From: Octopus vulgaris | Taxonomy: Eukaryota | NCBI GenBank assembly: GCA_951406725.2 | Contig: OX597833.1 | Location: 56,978,001-57,042,000 of the forward strand | Length of the DNA stretch: 64,000 bases | Direction: 5' to 3' | Part shown: positions 1-12,443 of the stretch, in pieces | How the letters are laid out: every line of letters starts with the position of its first letter | Position numbering within the stretch: the stretch's first letter is position 1 | Position numbers and translations under genes: made by a program | The notes under the pieces: generated by a model | Told to the model about the DNA's origin: nothing | The model's input: only the letters and a program-made list of their open reading frames with translations | Database searches by the model: none

Positions 1-1483
1 ATGATCTGGAGTCTAGACAAGGACAAAAACCATTTTTTAAATTAACCTATATAAGAAAAAACACATTAAAAGAAAGACACAGTGGATGATATAGATTATC
101 TTGCTTCTCAAGAGGAACTGATCCTAATTGCTATTTGTTAATTAAGATACATCCTTTAGAAGCGGAGATAATTTTAAAACATCAAGAATTCATGTTGCAT
201 GGTATTTGTTATACCTGTATTTGTTAAAGAGCGAAGGAACTTTTGAGAGTCAACGGCAATCCAATAATTGTCTTAAAGCTGTATCATGCGCGGGGACATA
301 GAAATAATCGGACTGAATACCCGATCGTGCGGTTAAGCCATTGGGAGTGAAGGACTCCTAGCCTTTGTTAGGGCATCCTTTTAGGAGAAGGTAACTCAGG
401 TAACTGGGATAACTCCGACATAAAACCTGCGGCTCAGTGGTTACCGATGATGTTGACTTGTTCTTCTTTTTGGATTATGGCTGCTGTTGCTTAGTGAGTG
501 AGATTGACTCAGTGCACAGCCTTTCCTCACTTTAAAAAAAAAATCTTCTTGCAAAGGCATTGCACGATAACAACATTGATTAAGCTTCGTGCAATGGCAA
601 TACTCGATAACGAGGGGGCAGCCACCATTTGTTGATGTTGTTCAGATGCATTGTGCACTATATTTAGGAATCAAAAGACAAGGTAGCCAAGGCAGGAAAG
701 TCTTCCCCCACTGAACTGCATGATTAGGGCCAGCTTGGGGCTAAACAAAAGCAATGGTAACAATGATAATAACCACCACCACAACAACAACAATAACAAC
801 TGAAGCTTGCCTAGCTTCTGTGATAAGAACTGATACCGTTAGAGTGGTTCTGTCAAAATAATTTAAATATTCCACCAGTAGCTTTACGTCAGAGGAGACA
901 AAGTGCTGCAATTCAAGTGATTTACGAGATGCACATAAATCAAAGAAAACTACTCTGCAATTGCAATATGAAAGAAAAAACTGTATTTTGGTTTCTATGC
1001 AAGCATATGGCTCTTCATACCTGTTGCCAAGAATCACATTTGCTGTGTATAAGAGTATATCTTTTATCTTTTACTTGCTCCAGTCATTGGACTGCAGCCA
1101 TGGTGGGACTGTCTTGAAATGTTTAGTTAAACAAATTTATCCCAGTGCTTTTTTTTTTTTATATAATTTGTCTGGTACTTACTCTATTGGACCCTTCTGC
1201 CAAATTATTAAGTTACAGGGACATAAACAGACCAATAGTTATTAAGTGGTGGTTGAGGAACAAACACAAAACACAAACACACACACACACACACACACAC
1301 ATTCATACACACAAACACCTATGAAGATACACATGCGGGTTTTGTTTCTACCAAATCGATATGCAAGGCATTGGTTAATCTCAGAATTTAACAGATGACT
1401 CATGCACCAGTGTTTTTAACCATATCATCATACCTGTGTCTATATATAATATATATATATTCCATTTCCCCTTTCCCCTTCCC

Positions 1484-1903
1484 CGGAACTTTCCAGGAAG
1501 TAATATCCTCCAAAATTTCCTGGAAGTCCCCAAATCCCTGGAACTTTCCAAGAATCCCCCAAAAAAATCATCGGAATTTTCCGAGAAACCTTCGGAACTC
1601 TCCACGAAGTCCCTATATCTTTGGAACTTGAAATCCTCAGAACTTTCCAGGAAGTCCCCAAATACTCGGGACTTTCAAGGAAATCCTCACAACTTTCCGG
1701 GAAGTCCCCAAATCCTCAGAACTTTCCAGGAAGTCCGCAAATCCTCAGAACTTTCAAGGAAATCCCCAAATCCTCGGAACTTTCCGAGAAATCCACAAAT
1801 CCTTGGAACTTTCAATGAAGCCCTCGGAACTTTCCAGAAAATCCCATCCTCATAACTTTCCAGGAAATCCCCGGAACTTTCCATGAAATCCCATCCTTGG
1901 AAA
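1484..1903. repeat. Minisatellite, ~29-bp unit with 21-bp variants (CCTCRGAACTTTCCAGGAARTCCCCAAAT)
   Basis: About 15 direct tandem units visible by eye. Confidence 0.9.
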
Positions 1904-2048
1904 GAGAAATAAATTTATTTCTCATTCGAAAGAGAAATAAATTCTGCATAAGGTGTAAAATATAAAAACAATTTGTATGGTGTTAGTAACAAAATATTAG
2001 TAACAAATAGAACTTTTATCGTCAGTCTTAAATTTATTTTCCCCATCG

Positions 2049-2080
<32 letters not shown>

Positions 2081-2087
2081 TAAATAT

Positions 2088-2134
<47 letters not shown>

Positions 2135-2819
2135 TAGATAGATAGATAGATAGATATAGATATATATATACATATATATGTGTGTGTATGTATATGCTTA
2201 TACATGTGTGTATAAACATACACACACACACATATCTAGGCTTGATCCAAAAGAGAAAATGTGATGAAGAAAACAAGATTAAAAAAACAACAAAAGCAAA
2301 TAAAAAAAAAGAGCTGGAATTGAAATGCACAAAAAAAAAATCCAGTCAGGAGAAAAATATATAAAAATATATAAAAATCCAAGGAAAAAAAAAGTGTTTG
2401 AAGGACAAAGATAATAATATAAACAAATGTAAATAATATTTTGTTATTTCTTTTTTGTTTTTTTTTTGGGGTTTTGTTTTTACCATTTGTATGGCTGTTA
2501 CAGAACAGTGTTTTGGTGATGCTGAACTTTGGCATTTGTTCAGCGGTGTAACACAATTCAGTGAAAACAAAACAAAAGAGAAATAGCTAAGGAGAGAAAA
2601 GAAGAAGAAAAAAAACTGCAGAAGCAATGCAACAGCAACAGCAGAGACAGATTGAAGCAGCAGACACATTAGCAAATGTGTAAATTCTATGAGCAGATGC
2701 ACAATCTCATCTCGTGGTAGATAAAAACCGTAAGCATGCAAGAATGAAAGAGAAAACATCTGATATGAAAAATGGCCCCGTTTACATCCAATAAAAACAA
2801 TGTGGGTGTTGTATATGCA

Positions 2820-2858
2820 TACATGTATTTGTGTGTGTGTGTTTGTGTGTGTTTGTGT

Positions 2859-2898
<40 letters not shown>

Positions 2899-3055
2899 GT
2901 ACATATAAATGATGTGTGTATGTGTATTGTGTTTGTATATATATATATGTATGGATGTATGTATGTATGAATGTATGTATGTGTGTGTGTATATGTGTGT
3001 ATATGTATGTGTGTGTGTATGTATGTATGTATGTATGTATGTGTGTATGTATGTA

Positions 3056-3086
<31 letters not shown>

Positions 3087-3263
3087 ATAAATATACCTAT
3101 ATATTTGTATGCAATCTATATTTGTACACAAAATGTTATATAAATATATACATATATAATTGTATACATACATACATGCATGCATACACACATACATACA
3201 TACATATACACATACATATACACATACACGCATACACACATACATACATACATACACACATAC

Positions 3264-3314
<51 letters not shown>

Positions 3315-3368
3315 TACACATACACACATACATACACACACACATACATACATACATACATACATACA

Positions 3369-3400
<32 letters not shown>

Positions 3401-3420
3401 CACATACATACATACATATA
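2820..3420. repeat. Compound (TG)n/(TATG)n/(CATA)n microsatellite
   Basis: Directly visible simple repeats. Confidence 0.95.
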
Positions 3421-3679
3421 GGGTATGTTATTGTTATGTGCTAATGCAATGAAATACAAGTTGCACAATAACAACTTCAAAGAGACTGAATACAGAACTT
3501 GTAGCTAAATACTAGTAAATACTAGTGACTATAAGACCTACACAAAATACAGCTAAATAATGTAAACTATTTCATGAAGAAAACAAATCCTGTCAAAGAA
3601 AAAAAAGAAAGAAAAAGAAAAGAAAAAGAAAAGAGAGAAAATAATATTCTTCATTCAACATATTTTGAAGCCCTTGTAA

Positions 3680-3910
3680 GGCGGCAAGCTGGCAGAATCG
3701 TTAGCATGCTGGGCGAAATGCGTAGCCGTATTTCGTCTGTCGTTAGGTTCTGAGTTCAAATTCCGCCGAGGTCGACTTTGCCTTTCATCCTTTCGGGGTC
3801 GATTAAATAAGTACCAGTTGCGCACTGGGGTCGATGTAATCGACTCGATTCCTTTGTCTGTCCTTGTTTGTCCCCTCTATGTTTAGCTCCTTGTGGGTAG
3901 TAAAGAAATA
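3680..3910 (+). mobile_element. tRNA-derived SINE family B (Meta-domain-like core)
   Basis: GGCGGC.AGCTGGCAGAA head, GAGTTCAAATTCC B-box, GCCTTTCATCCTTTCGGGGTCGAT core; flanked by TSD TATTTTGAAGCCCTTGT (3661/3911). Confidence 0.9.
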
Positions 3911-3964
3911 TATTTTGAAGCCCTTGTCTCTTCCCTATATAACCCAGACAAACCTAATATTTTT

Positions 3965-4331
3965 TTTTTTACTTGTTTCAGTCATTTGACTGCGGCCAGG
4001 CTGGAGCACCGCCTTTAGTCGAGCAACTCGACCCCGGGACTTATTCTTTGTAAGCCCAGTACTTATTCTATCAGTCTCTTTTTGCCAAACCGCTAAGTAA
4101 CGGGGACGTAAACACACCAGCATCGGTTGTCAAGCAATGCTAGGGGGACAAACACAGACACACAAACACACATACAGTTTCAGTTTCCGTCTACCAAATC
4201 CACTCACAAGGCATTGGTCGGCCCGGGGCTATAGCAGAAGACACTTGCCCAAGATTCCACGCAGTGGGACTGAACCCGGAACCATGTGGTTGGTTAGCAA
4301 GCTACTTACCACACAGCCACTCCTGCGCCTA
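3965..4331 (-). mobile_element. tRNA-derived SINE family A
   Basis: Head GGCGCAGGAGTGGCTGTGTGGTAAG..GGTTCAGTCCC, internal (TA/TG)n, tail GAAACAAGTAAAAGAG; more than 20 copies in the window. Confidence 0.9.
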
Positions 4332-4641
4332 TATAGTCAATATATTTAATTTTTTTAAAGAATTTAAATTCCATACTGTACTGTATGTCAGGCCATTTTG
4401 AATGGTTTTGGTGGAATATCGGTTTTTCTTTGGGAAAAGACTGGTTGCCCCTCACTCAACCCTAACTCCATTCCTGGAGGGAAAAGGATTTTGTGACCAC
4501 AGCACACACACCTACACCCACACCAGAGGCGTAACCAAATTCTAAAGTTAGTGGGAGCGAGCACATAGCACATAAAAAAAAGGGCACCATGACACATACC
4601 AAACAATTTTTAACTCATTTCTTATATATTCTCTCTTTTTT

Positions 4642-5045
4642 CTCTTTTTACTTGTTTCAGTCATTTTGACTGCGGCCATGCTGGAGCACCGCCTTTAATC
4701 GAGCAACTCGACCCCGGGACTTATTCTTTTGTAAGCCCAGTACTTATTCTATCGGGCTCTTTTGCCGAACCGCTAAGTGACGGGGACATAAACACACCAG
4801 CATCGGTTGTCAAGCAATGCTAGGGGGACAAATACAGACACACAAACATACACGCACACACACATATATATATATACATATATACGACAGGCTTCTTTCA
4901 GTTTCCGTCTACCAAATCCACTCACAAGGCTTCGGTCGGCCCGAGGTTATAGTGGAAGACACTTGCCTAAGGTGCCACACAGTGGGACTGAACCCGGAAC
5001 CATGTGGTTGGTAAGCAAGCTACTTACCACACAGCCACTCTTGTG
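4642..5045 (-). mobile_element. SINE family A
   Basis: Full-length match to the other copies. Confidence 0.9.
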
Positions 5046-5914
5046 TTATATTATTAGTTATAATATATGTAATTGTATTCTGCATTCCTTAATTTCATGT
5101 TTTAGTAACAAAGTTGTTATGTATGTAACTTACAACTACTGATATATATATAACTAATGAGTTAAAAAAAAATTGTTGAAAAGGCGCCAATTTTCAAGGT
5201 TGTGCCTGGTGGGGGAGTGGTTTCTCCCCTTGCTCCCCTATTAGCTATGCCACTACCCAACAACCTTTTCAGAGCACAACACAGCTGATTCAGAAAGTGA
5301 CAGAGACATTGACAGACAGAGGAATATTTACCAAAAAATGCCTATAATTTAGTTTTACTTCACATATGGGCATAGGAGTGGCTGTGTTGTAAGTAGCTTG
5401 TTTACAAACCACATGGTTCCGGGCTCAGTCCCACTGTATGGCACCTTGGGCAAGTGTCTTCTACTATAGCCTTGGGTCGACCAAAGCCTTAAACTTTTAC
5501 ATAAATGTGTGTATATATGTGTTTGTCTCAGAGGTATGTACATATTGAGTTGCGTTAATGTGAGAGACATGTTTTAAATTTTCCACTTCTCACCTGGTTT
5601 CCATCAAAAAGATTATATCAAGAGGTAAGATTTCAGATAAACAGCCCTATTAGAGTTTGAATAAGGAAACAAGTTTTTTAAGAAGTATAAATATTCTCAT
5701 GTATTTTTACATTTAGAGAATATTTTTACTTTTAAGTAAAACGAGGAAGTGTTATTTTTTTAAGATGTCACATGGTTGAATGCACACTCACTCTCTCTCT
5801 CACACACACGTGTAATAGTTTGCATACATATGAATTTAATTACTTGTTTATCTTCCTCTCTTCTTCTGCCCCCCTCTCTCTACATAAATAAATAAATAAA
5901 TATATACATACATG

Positions 5915-5954
<40 letters not shown>

Positions 5955-6060
5955 AAGAGAGAGAGAGAAAGAGACAATTAGTTTATAAAGGACAACACAA
6001 GAAGAACAAGTGTTTTAACAAAATGGTACTAGTTTAACACTTTAATGGAGAAAGGGAGTG

Positions 6061-6096
6061 TCTTGACGGTTTGGACGTTGGTCCTTCATCAGAAGT
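6061..6096 (-). ncRNA. Degenerate minimal hammerhead-like motif
   Basis: Minus strand CUU-CUGAUGA-A-GGAC-CAAC-GUCC-AAACCGUC-AAG; the G of GAAA is missing. Confidence 0.45.
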
Positions 6097-6462
6097 AAAG
6101 AAAGAAAGAGAGAAGTGTCAGCAGAGTGGCAAAGAGAAATAGTCAGTATAAATGCATATAAAAAAGTAGAGGAAGAGCATAGAAGGAAAGTAAAAAACTA
6201 GGAAAAAAAGAAGGTGGAAATGTTGTTCTCTGGAGCAGTAGTTGGGAATGGTGGGATGTATATATATATATGTGGATACATGCATCAGAGTGTTTCCTGT
6301 GTCTGAAAACAGGCAAAAATGGGGGTGGTGTGTGGGGGTGTTAGTGACACAACCCTATCTGTGCATGAATGAAAATTTTTGCACCTGTAGTCCATGTCAG
6401 TTCTCAATTGTTACACCTAGAGTACAGACAAATAGTGCACGCTTGTCAAATTTTTGTTTTCG

Positions 6463-6691
6463 TTGAACACATTGAGCCGAGATATGGCATCAAGTTTTGT
6501 TAAAAGCTTGATGAAACACAAGCTCAGACCTTCCAGAAGATTCAGCAGGCCTTTGGTGATGATGCCATGGCCAAAACTTAGATCAAGGTGTGGTACAACC
6601 ACTTCAAACACAGTCGTATCTCAGTAGAGAGTGAGGCATGCTCAGACAGGCCATCCACAAGCCAAAACAAGGAGTTTGATTGAGAAGGTTT
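6463..6691 (+). pseudogene. Mariner transposase N-terminal (HTH) relic
   Basis: EHIEPRYGIKFC*KL..TFQKIQQAFGDDAM..IKVWYNHFK..RISVESE...RPSTS, with stop codons. Confidence 0.8.
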
Positions 6692-7361
6692 GGCAGATCT
6701 TTACCTTTTGACCGACAGATTTAAAACATAATTTTTTGTAACTAAACACTTTCAAACTTCGGACACTGGTAGAATGTGCCATATAAAACAACTTTTACTC
6801 TCAGCATTTTTAAGAAAAGCTTATATTTAGAAAGTTATTTCACGTTAAATTTGTAGTATTTCGGTAATTTCAACCAATCAATGATGTGTATTCAGTTGAA
6901 TAAAATTACTGCTGTTGTTTGTCAACAAGAACTTCCAGTGGTGTATATTTTGTTTGTCACTGTTATTTATGACAACCCTAACCCTAAAACCGTAACCCTA
7001 AAGCCCTAACCCTAAAATTCTAACCCTAACACCCTAACCCTAAAACCTTAAAACCTTAAAGCTAAAACAAGTAGAAACGCACGAACGATGTCATAAATAA
7101 CAATGACAAACGAAAAAATACACCGCTGATAGTTGTTGTTGACAAGCAGCAGCAGTAATTTTATTCAGCTGAATACACATCATTGATTGGTTGAAATTAT
7201 CGAAATACTACAACTCTAACGTGAAATAACCGACGTCGCCTAACGGCGCGAAAATTTTTCTGCCTGCACAGGAAGGTTGACGTAACCGCCCACCCAGAGG
7301 ATTTTGCCCACACAGTATTAGTTTTGCCGATAAAAGATTAAGTCGGTAAAACATTAAGCCG
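6692..7361. mobile_element. MITE-like element with an internal ~140-bp inverted repeat around (CCCTAA)n
   Basis: 6836-6975 is inverted relative to 7087-7230 and flanks degenerate telomere repeats; 5' part resembles the 9210-9627 family. Ends approximate. Confidence 0.65.
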
Positions 7362-7593
7362 TTTTGAACGCACCTCATATATAAGAAAACATACATTTAC
7401 ACGTGTACGTGTGTGTATGTGTGTGTGTGTGTGTGCGCGCGCGTATATGGTTAATATATGTGTGATGTGTATCTTCCGTGCTGTAATTGTTTTAGTTTCA
7501 ACAGATCAAATCGCTTGCTAGACATATACAACTTCAAAAGTATGTATATGTATATACTTAGAGAAAGCAACAGAGGGTTAGAGGTACGTAAAT

Positions 7594-8350
7594 GCATACA
7601 TACATACATACATACATACATACATACATACATACATACATAAATACATACACACATACATACATACATACATACATACATACACACATACATACATACA
7701 TACATACATACATACATACAAACATACACACACACACATACATACAAAGCTACATACATACATACATACATACACATACATACATACATACACACACATA
7801 CATACATACACACACACATACATACATACATACATACACGCACACATACATACACACATACATACATAACATACTTACACACATACATACATACATACAT
7901 ACACACATACATAACATACACACATACATACATACACACATAACATACACACAAACATACATACACACATACATACACACATACATACATACATACATAC
8001 ATACATACATACATACATACATACACACACACATACATACAAAAATGTACGTATATGCGCACGAACATAACTTATACGTGATACATCCTCGCATGTACCT
8101 ACAGAGCATCTATCATCTGTATTTCACTAAAACCTCTTCTCACACCTCGCAAACATACAAGACCAACAACACACACACACACATGTAGATGACGTATGTG
8201 CGTGTGTATATGTGTGTGTGTGTGTGCGCGTGTGTGTGTGTGTACGTGTGTATATGTGCGTGTACGTGTGTATGTATATACGTGTGTGTGTGTGTATATG
8301 TGTGCGTGCGTGTGTGTGTATATGTGTGTGTATATATGCGTGCGTGCGTG
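7594..8350. repeat. (CATA)n/(CA)n/(TG)n microsatellite block
   Basis: Directly visible. Confidence 0.95.
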
Positions 8351-8683
8351 CCACGGTTGACACACCCATTCGCCTGGTGCCGAAATCTCAAGAGTTTGAT
8401 TACCATTACTGAAAGAATTTAAGCATCTCTTTCCAGTCGTACTTGCTTGAAAACCCTGTAGAACTATTCCTTGGAACATGTGACTAGCCATAAAACGTGA
8501 CACCTGGGTGGACTAGCGAAAAATAAAGAGTCGCAGACGGTTTAGATAGAACACATGAGTTGTTTACGATGAAATAACAAGTACACGTGTACCTATTATA
8601 CGGGTACTTCTTAGGCGGGTGGAGTGTGTGTTAGTACGTGAGTATTTATATGGCAGCAGTTCACTATATCTCTCTTTACGAAA

Positions 8684-8915
8684 GGCGGCGAGCTGGCAGA
8701 AACGTTAGCACGCCGGGCGAAATGCGTAGCCGTATTTCGTCTGCCGTTACGCTCTGAGTTCAAATTCCGCCGAGGTCGACTTTGCCTTTCATCCTTTCGG
8801 GGGTCGATAAATTAAGTACCAGTCACGCACTGGGGTCGATGTAATCGACTTAAATCCCTTTGTCTGTCCTTGTTTGTCCCCTCTGTGTTTAGCCCCTTGT
8901 GGGTGGTAAAGAAAT
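8684..8915 (+). mobile_element. SINE family B
   Basis: Full-length match to 3680-3910. Confidence 0.9.
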
Positions 8916-9209
8916 ATATTTTAAAGGTTGAAGGTACAATTTGCGTGATATTTAGCTGCTATTTCTAGCATGTTGAGTGACCACGTCAGTTGCTTCGGAT
9001 AGTATGTAGAAGTACACAAGTACTTTTTCTCTAAGTAAATACATTAATGCGTGTATGTGTGTGTGTTAATTATGTGTGTATTATGTTCTTGTATATATTA
9101 TTCATGTTATTCCAGTTTGCTCCAGATCAACCCAGATAGAGCAGAGCTAAAATCAAAAGCATTTTAGTCATGAATATCTTATCTTTTAGGGTTACAAAGA
9201 ACTACATTA

Positions 9210-9627
9210 GGATCTTTTCAGTTTGAACGGCAGTTTTTAACATAATTTCTAGGTAACTAAAAAATTTTAAACTTCGTATACTGGTAGAATGTGTTTATAA
9301 AACTTCTTTTTCTCTTGGCTTTATTGAGAAAATTCTATAGTCTGTAAGATATTTGTTGTTTTTTCTTCAATTTCTGCAATTTCAACCAATCAATGACGTC
9401 CATTGAGGTAAAAAAAACATTCTGTGCCGTATGAATATGTCCCTCGTTTAAGAAACAGATTGGGTTTATTTACATTTGTGAAGAAAAACAGATATCCTTC
9501 CCCCCCACCCCTAACCCTAACCCTAAAACAGATTGAAATGCAATAGATCGATACTAGGGTCATAATTATGGGTTTCAATTTCATATGACACCGCTAAAAA
9601 ATACTGCCGTTCAAACCGAAAAGATCC
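9210..9627. mobile_element. MITE, TIR GGATCTTTTCGGTTTGAACGGCAGT, 8-bp TSD (Merlin-like)
   Basis: TIRs at both ends; perfect TSD CTACATTA; internal CCCTAACCCTAACCCTAA. Confidence 0.85.
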
Positions 9628-9962
9628 CTACATTATCTAATGTGGCTATTACTTATTTTTCAAGGCAGTGGGATTTTAGGGAAAATTGGCTGCTATTACT
9701 AGCATGTCAAGAGACCACATAAAGAAACACTCGTTGTATGCAGTTGTTAATATTAATTTTTATTTAGGATCAAGTCAGCCCTGATGCACCTGGTCTATGT
9801 TCAGAAAGAGTCGTTCTAACCGTGACCATCTTGTTTTGTATGCCGCAGGCTTGTTTAATATATCGTATTTTGTTGTTGTTTTTTAAAAGAAATTCGGGTG
9901 TGAATTAAGAGAGATTTTGGCTGCTCTTTCTAGCAGGTCTATGATCACATAGAGACCCTTTC

Positions 9963-11670
9963 ATGAGTTTGTGCATATATGTACATACATGTATGTATAT
10001 ATGTATACATACGTGTATGTGTGTGTGTGTCTTTGTATGTATGTGTATGTGTATGTGTGTGCAAGTATGTGCGTGTGCATCTCTGTATGTATATATGTGT
10101 GTTCGTCTTCGTATGTTTGGGTGTGTGTTTGCAAGTGCGTGTGTGTGTGTTTGTATATATGTATACATACGTGTATGTGTGTGTGCCTTTGTATATATAT
10201 GTGTGTATGTGTGTGTGAGCAAGTATGTGTGTGTGCATCTCTGTATGTATGTATGTATATGTGTGTGCCTTTGTATGTATGTGTTTGCAAATATGTGCGT
10301 GTACATCTCAGTATGTATATGTGTGTGCCTCTTCGTATGTATGTGTATGTGTTTGCAAGTGCGTGTGTGTGTGTGTGTGTTTGTATGTATGTGTGTTTAT
10401 GTATGTGTGTGTGTGCGTGTTTTAGGGAAGTTGCATCTCTGCGTGTGTTTGCATGTTTTTGTGTGGGTTTCTGCCAATAAATTTATATGGGCCCAACCTT
10501 CAGTTTTGTAAGTATAAACGTTGGCCCACCCTTCAATTGAAAAGTTATCCCCTCCAGTTAAGTATAACTATCAACATTTGTGTTTGTGTGGGTGTAACTG
10601 TGCAGGAGGGGGGAGAGGAGAAGGTACACACGTTTGTGTGCTTGTATGTGTCGGTATTTGTATGTGTTTGTGTGTGTGTGTGTATCTGTGTGTGTCTGCG
10701 TGTGTATTATTAAGTGTTTTGAATTTTTGTTAAGTGTGTTGTAAGCATCAATTTGTATACCGATATGTGTGTATGCTTGGCTGTGCTTGTGTGTGTGTGT
10801 GTGTGCTTGGTTGTGTGTGTGCTTGTGTGTGTGTGTGCTTGTGTGTGTGTGTGTGTATGCTAGGTTGTGCTTGTGTGTGCTTGGTTGTGTGTGTGTGTGT
10901 ATGCTTGGTTTTGCTTGTGTGTGTGTATGCTTGGTTGTGTGTGTGTGTATGCTAGGTTGTGCTTGGTTGTGTGTGTGTGTGTGTATGCTTGGTTGTGTGC
11001 GTGTGCTTGTGTGTGTGTGTATGCTTGGTTGTGATTGTGTGTGTGTATGCTTGGTTGTGTGTGTGTGTATGCTAGGTTGTGCTTGTGTGTGTGTGTGTGT
11101 GTGTGTGTATGCTTGGTTGTGTGCGTGTGCTTGTGTGTGTGTGTGTGTATGCTTGGTTGTGCTTGTGTGTGTGTGTGTGCTTGTGTGTGTGTGTGTGTGT
11201 GTATGTGTGTGTTGTTGGTTGTGCTTGTGTGTGTGTGTGTGTGCTTGTGTGTGTGTGTATATGCTTGGTTGTGCTTGTGTGTGTGTGTATATGCTTGGTT
11301 GTGCGTGTGTGTACGTGTATGTGTGAGTGTGTGTGTGTGTTTGGTTGTGCTGTGTGTGTGTGTGTATGCTTGGTTGTGCTTGTGTGTTTGTGTGTGTACG
11401 TGTATGTGTGAGTGTGTGTGTGTGTTTGGTTGTGCTTGTGTGTGTGTGTATGCTTGGTTGTGCTTGTGTATGTATGTGTGTGTGTGTGTGTGTGTGTGTG
11501 CGCTAGTGTGTGTGCTTGTGTGTCTGTGTGTGTGTGTGGTTGGTTGTGCTTGTGTGTGTATGCTTGGTTGTGCTTGTGTGTGTGTGCTTGTGTGTGTGTG
11601 TGTGTGTGCTTGGTTGTGCTGTGTGTGTGTGTGTATGCTTGGTTGTGCTTGTGTGTGTGTGTGTGTGAAT
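9963..11670. repeat. TG-rich compound satellite with higher-order units
   Basis: ~120-bp degenerate units at 9970-10430; ATGCTTGGTTGTGCTT(GT)n units at 10770-11670. Confidence 0.9.
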
Positions 11671-12044
11671 GCTGTTTTTAACTAGTTGCTTTTTTAAGAT
11701 TTTAGAAGCTAGGTTCGTATCCCTCCCACCACCGCTTCCTCTCACTGCAAATATGTACGGGTGTGTGGGTGTACATATACTTTATATTTATATGCGTGTG
11801 TGTATGTGTGTGGCTTAGTGTACTTAGTGAACTCGTGATCCTAAGATTGTGGTTCCGATTCCTGGACCGGCTGACACGTTGTGTTCTTGAGCAAAATTCC
11901 ACATTACTCCAGTCTACTCAGCCAGCAAAAATGGATAATCCTGTGATGTACCAACGTCCTCTCCTGGGAGGAATATATGTGCCATGGAAACCGGGTATAT
12001 ATATGACTTGGGAAGGATCATTGTTCCTGTACATGCATGCATAC

Positions 12045-12443
12045 TAGAAAAATGACGACACCGTGGTGATCTCATTCTTGCTCACAACATCATCAGCGGA
12101 AAGTGTAACCTTTCGAAAGAGCTGTTCTTCACTCCTGCTCCAGAGCGTCGGCTGCGGGGTCACTCCGAAAAGCTCTATCTGCGACGATTTCGTCTCAATC
12201 GAAGGAGAGGGGCTTTCTCCGTCCGGGTTGCAGATCCGTGGAATAAGCTGCCAGACGAGATGGTGAAGATGCCGACGACCGCTCGGTTCAAAGTCTCTCT
12301 TGACCAGAAATGGCCTGAACTCTTTGCATGAACACCCTCCCTGTACATAACTCCATGTCCCCCTACATGGCCTTGCTTTTTGCTTTTTGAGCCAAAAAAT
12401 TAACTTAACTTAACACGCACACACACGAATTGAACTGAACTGA
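12045..12443 (+). mobile_element. CR1-clade LINE 3' fragment (ORF2 C-terminus and tail)
   Basis: RHRGDLILAHNII..LRGHSEKL..RRGAFSVRVADPWNKLP..FKVSLD, TGA at 12329, then a short-repeat tail. Confidence 0.85.

Noticed and set aside
300-640. RTE-like 5' region that might hold an HDV-like ribozyme
   Set aside because: Only a loose resemblance; I could not fold the nested double pseudoknot by eye.
1436-1855. 139-aa repetitive ORF
   Set aside because: Arises from a 29-bp unit (not a multiple of 3) with no splice context.
2346-3480. Long ORFs (up to 355 aa) rich in C/V/Y/M or H/T/I
   Set aside because: Translations of (TG)n/(CATA)n microsatellites; the same applies at 7451-8422, 9905-11745, 17224-18528, 30329-30811 and 61009-61461.
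4137-4349. Recurring peptide [40 protein letters not shown] found many times
   Set aside because: Antisense translation of SINE family A, not a gene family.
6975-7060. (CCCTAA)n as a true telomere or chromosome fusion site
   Set aside because: Short, degenerate and embedded in transposon-like elements.
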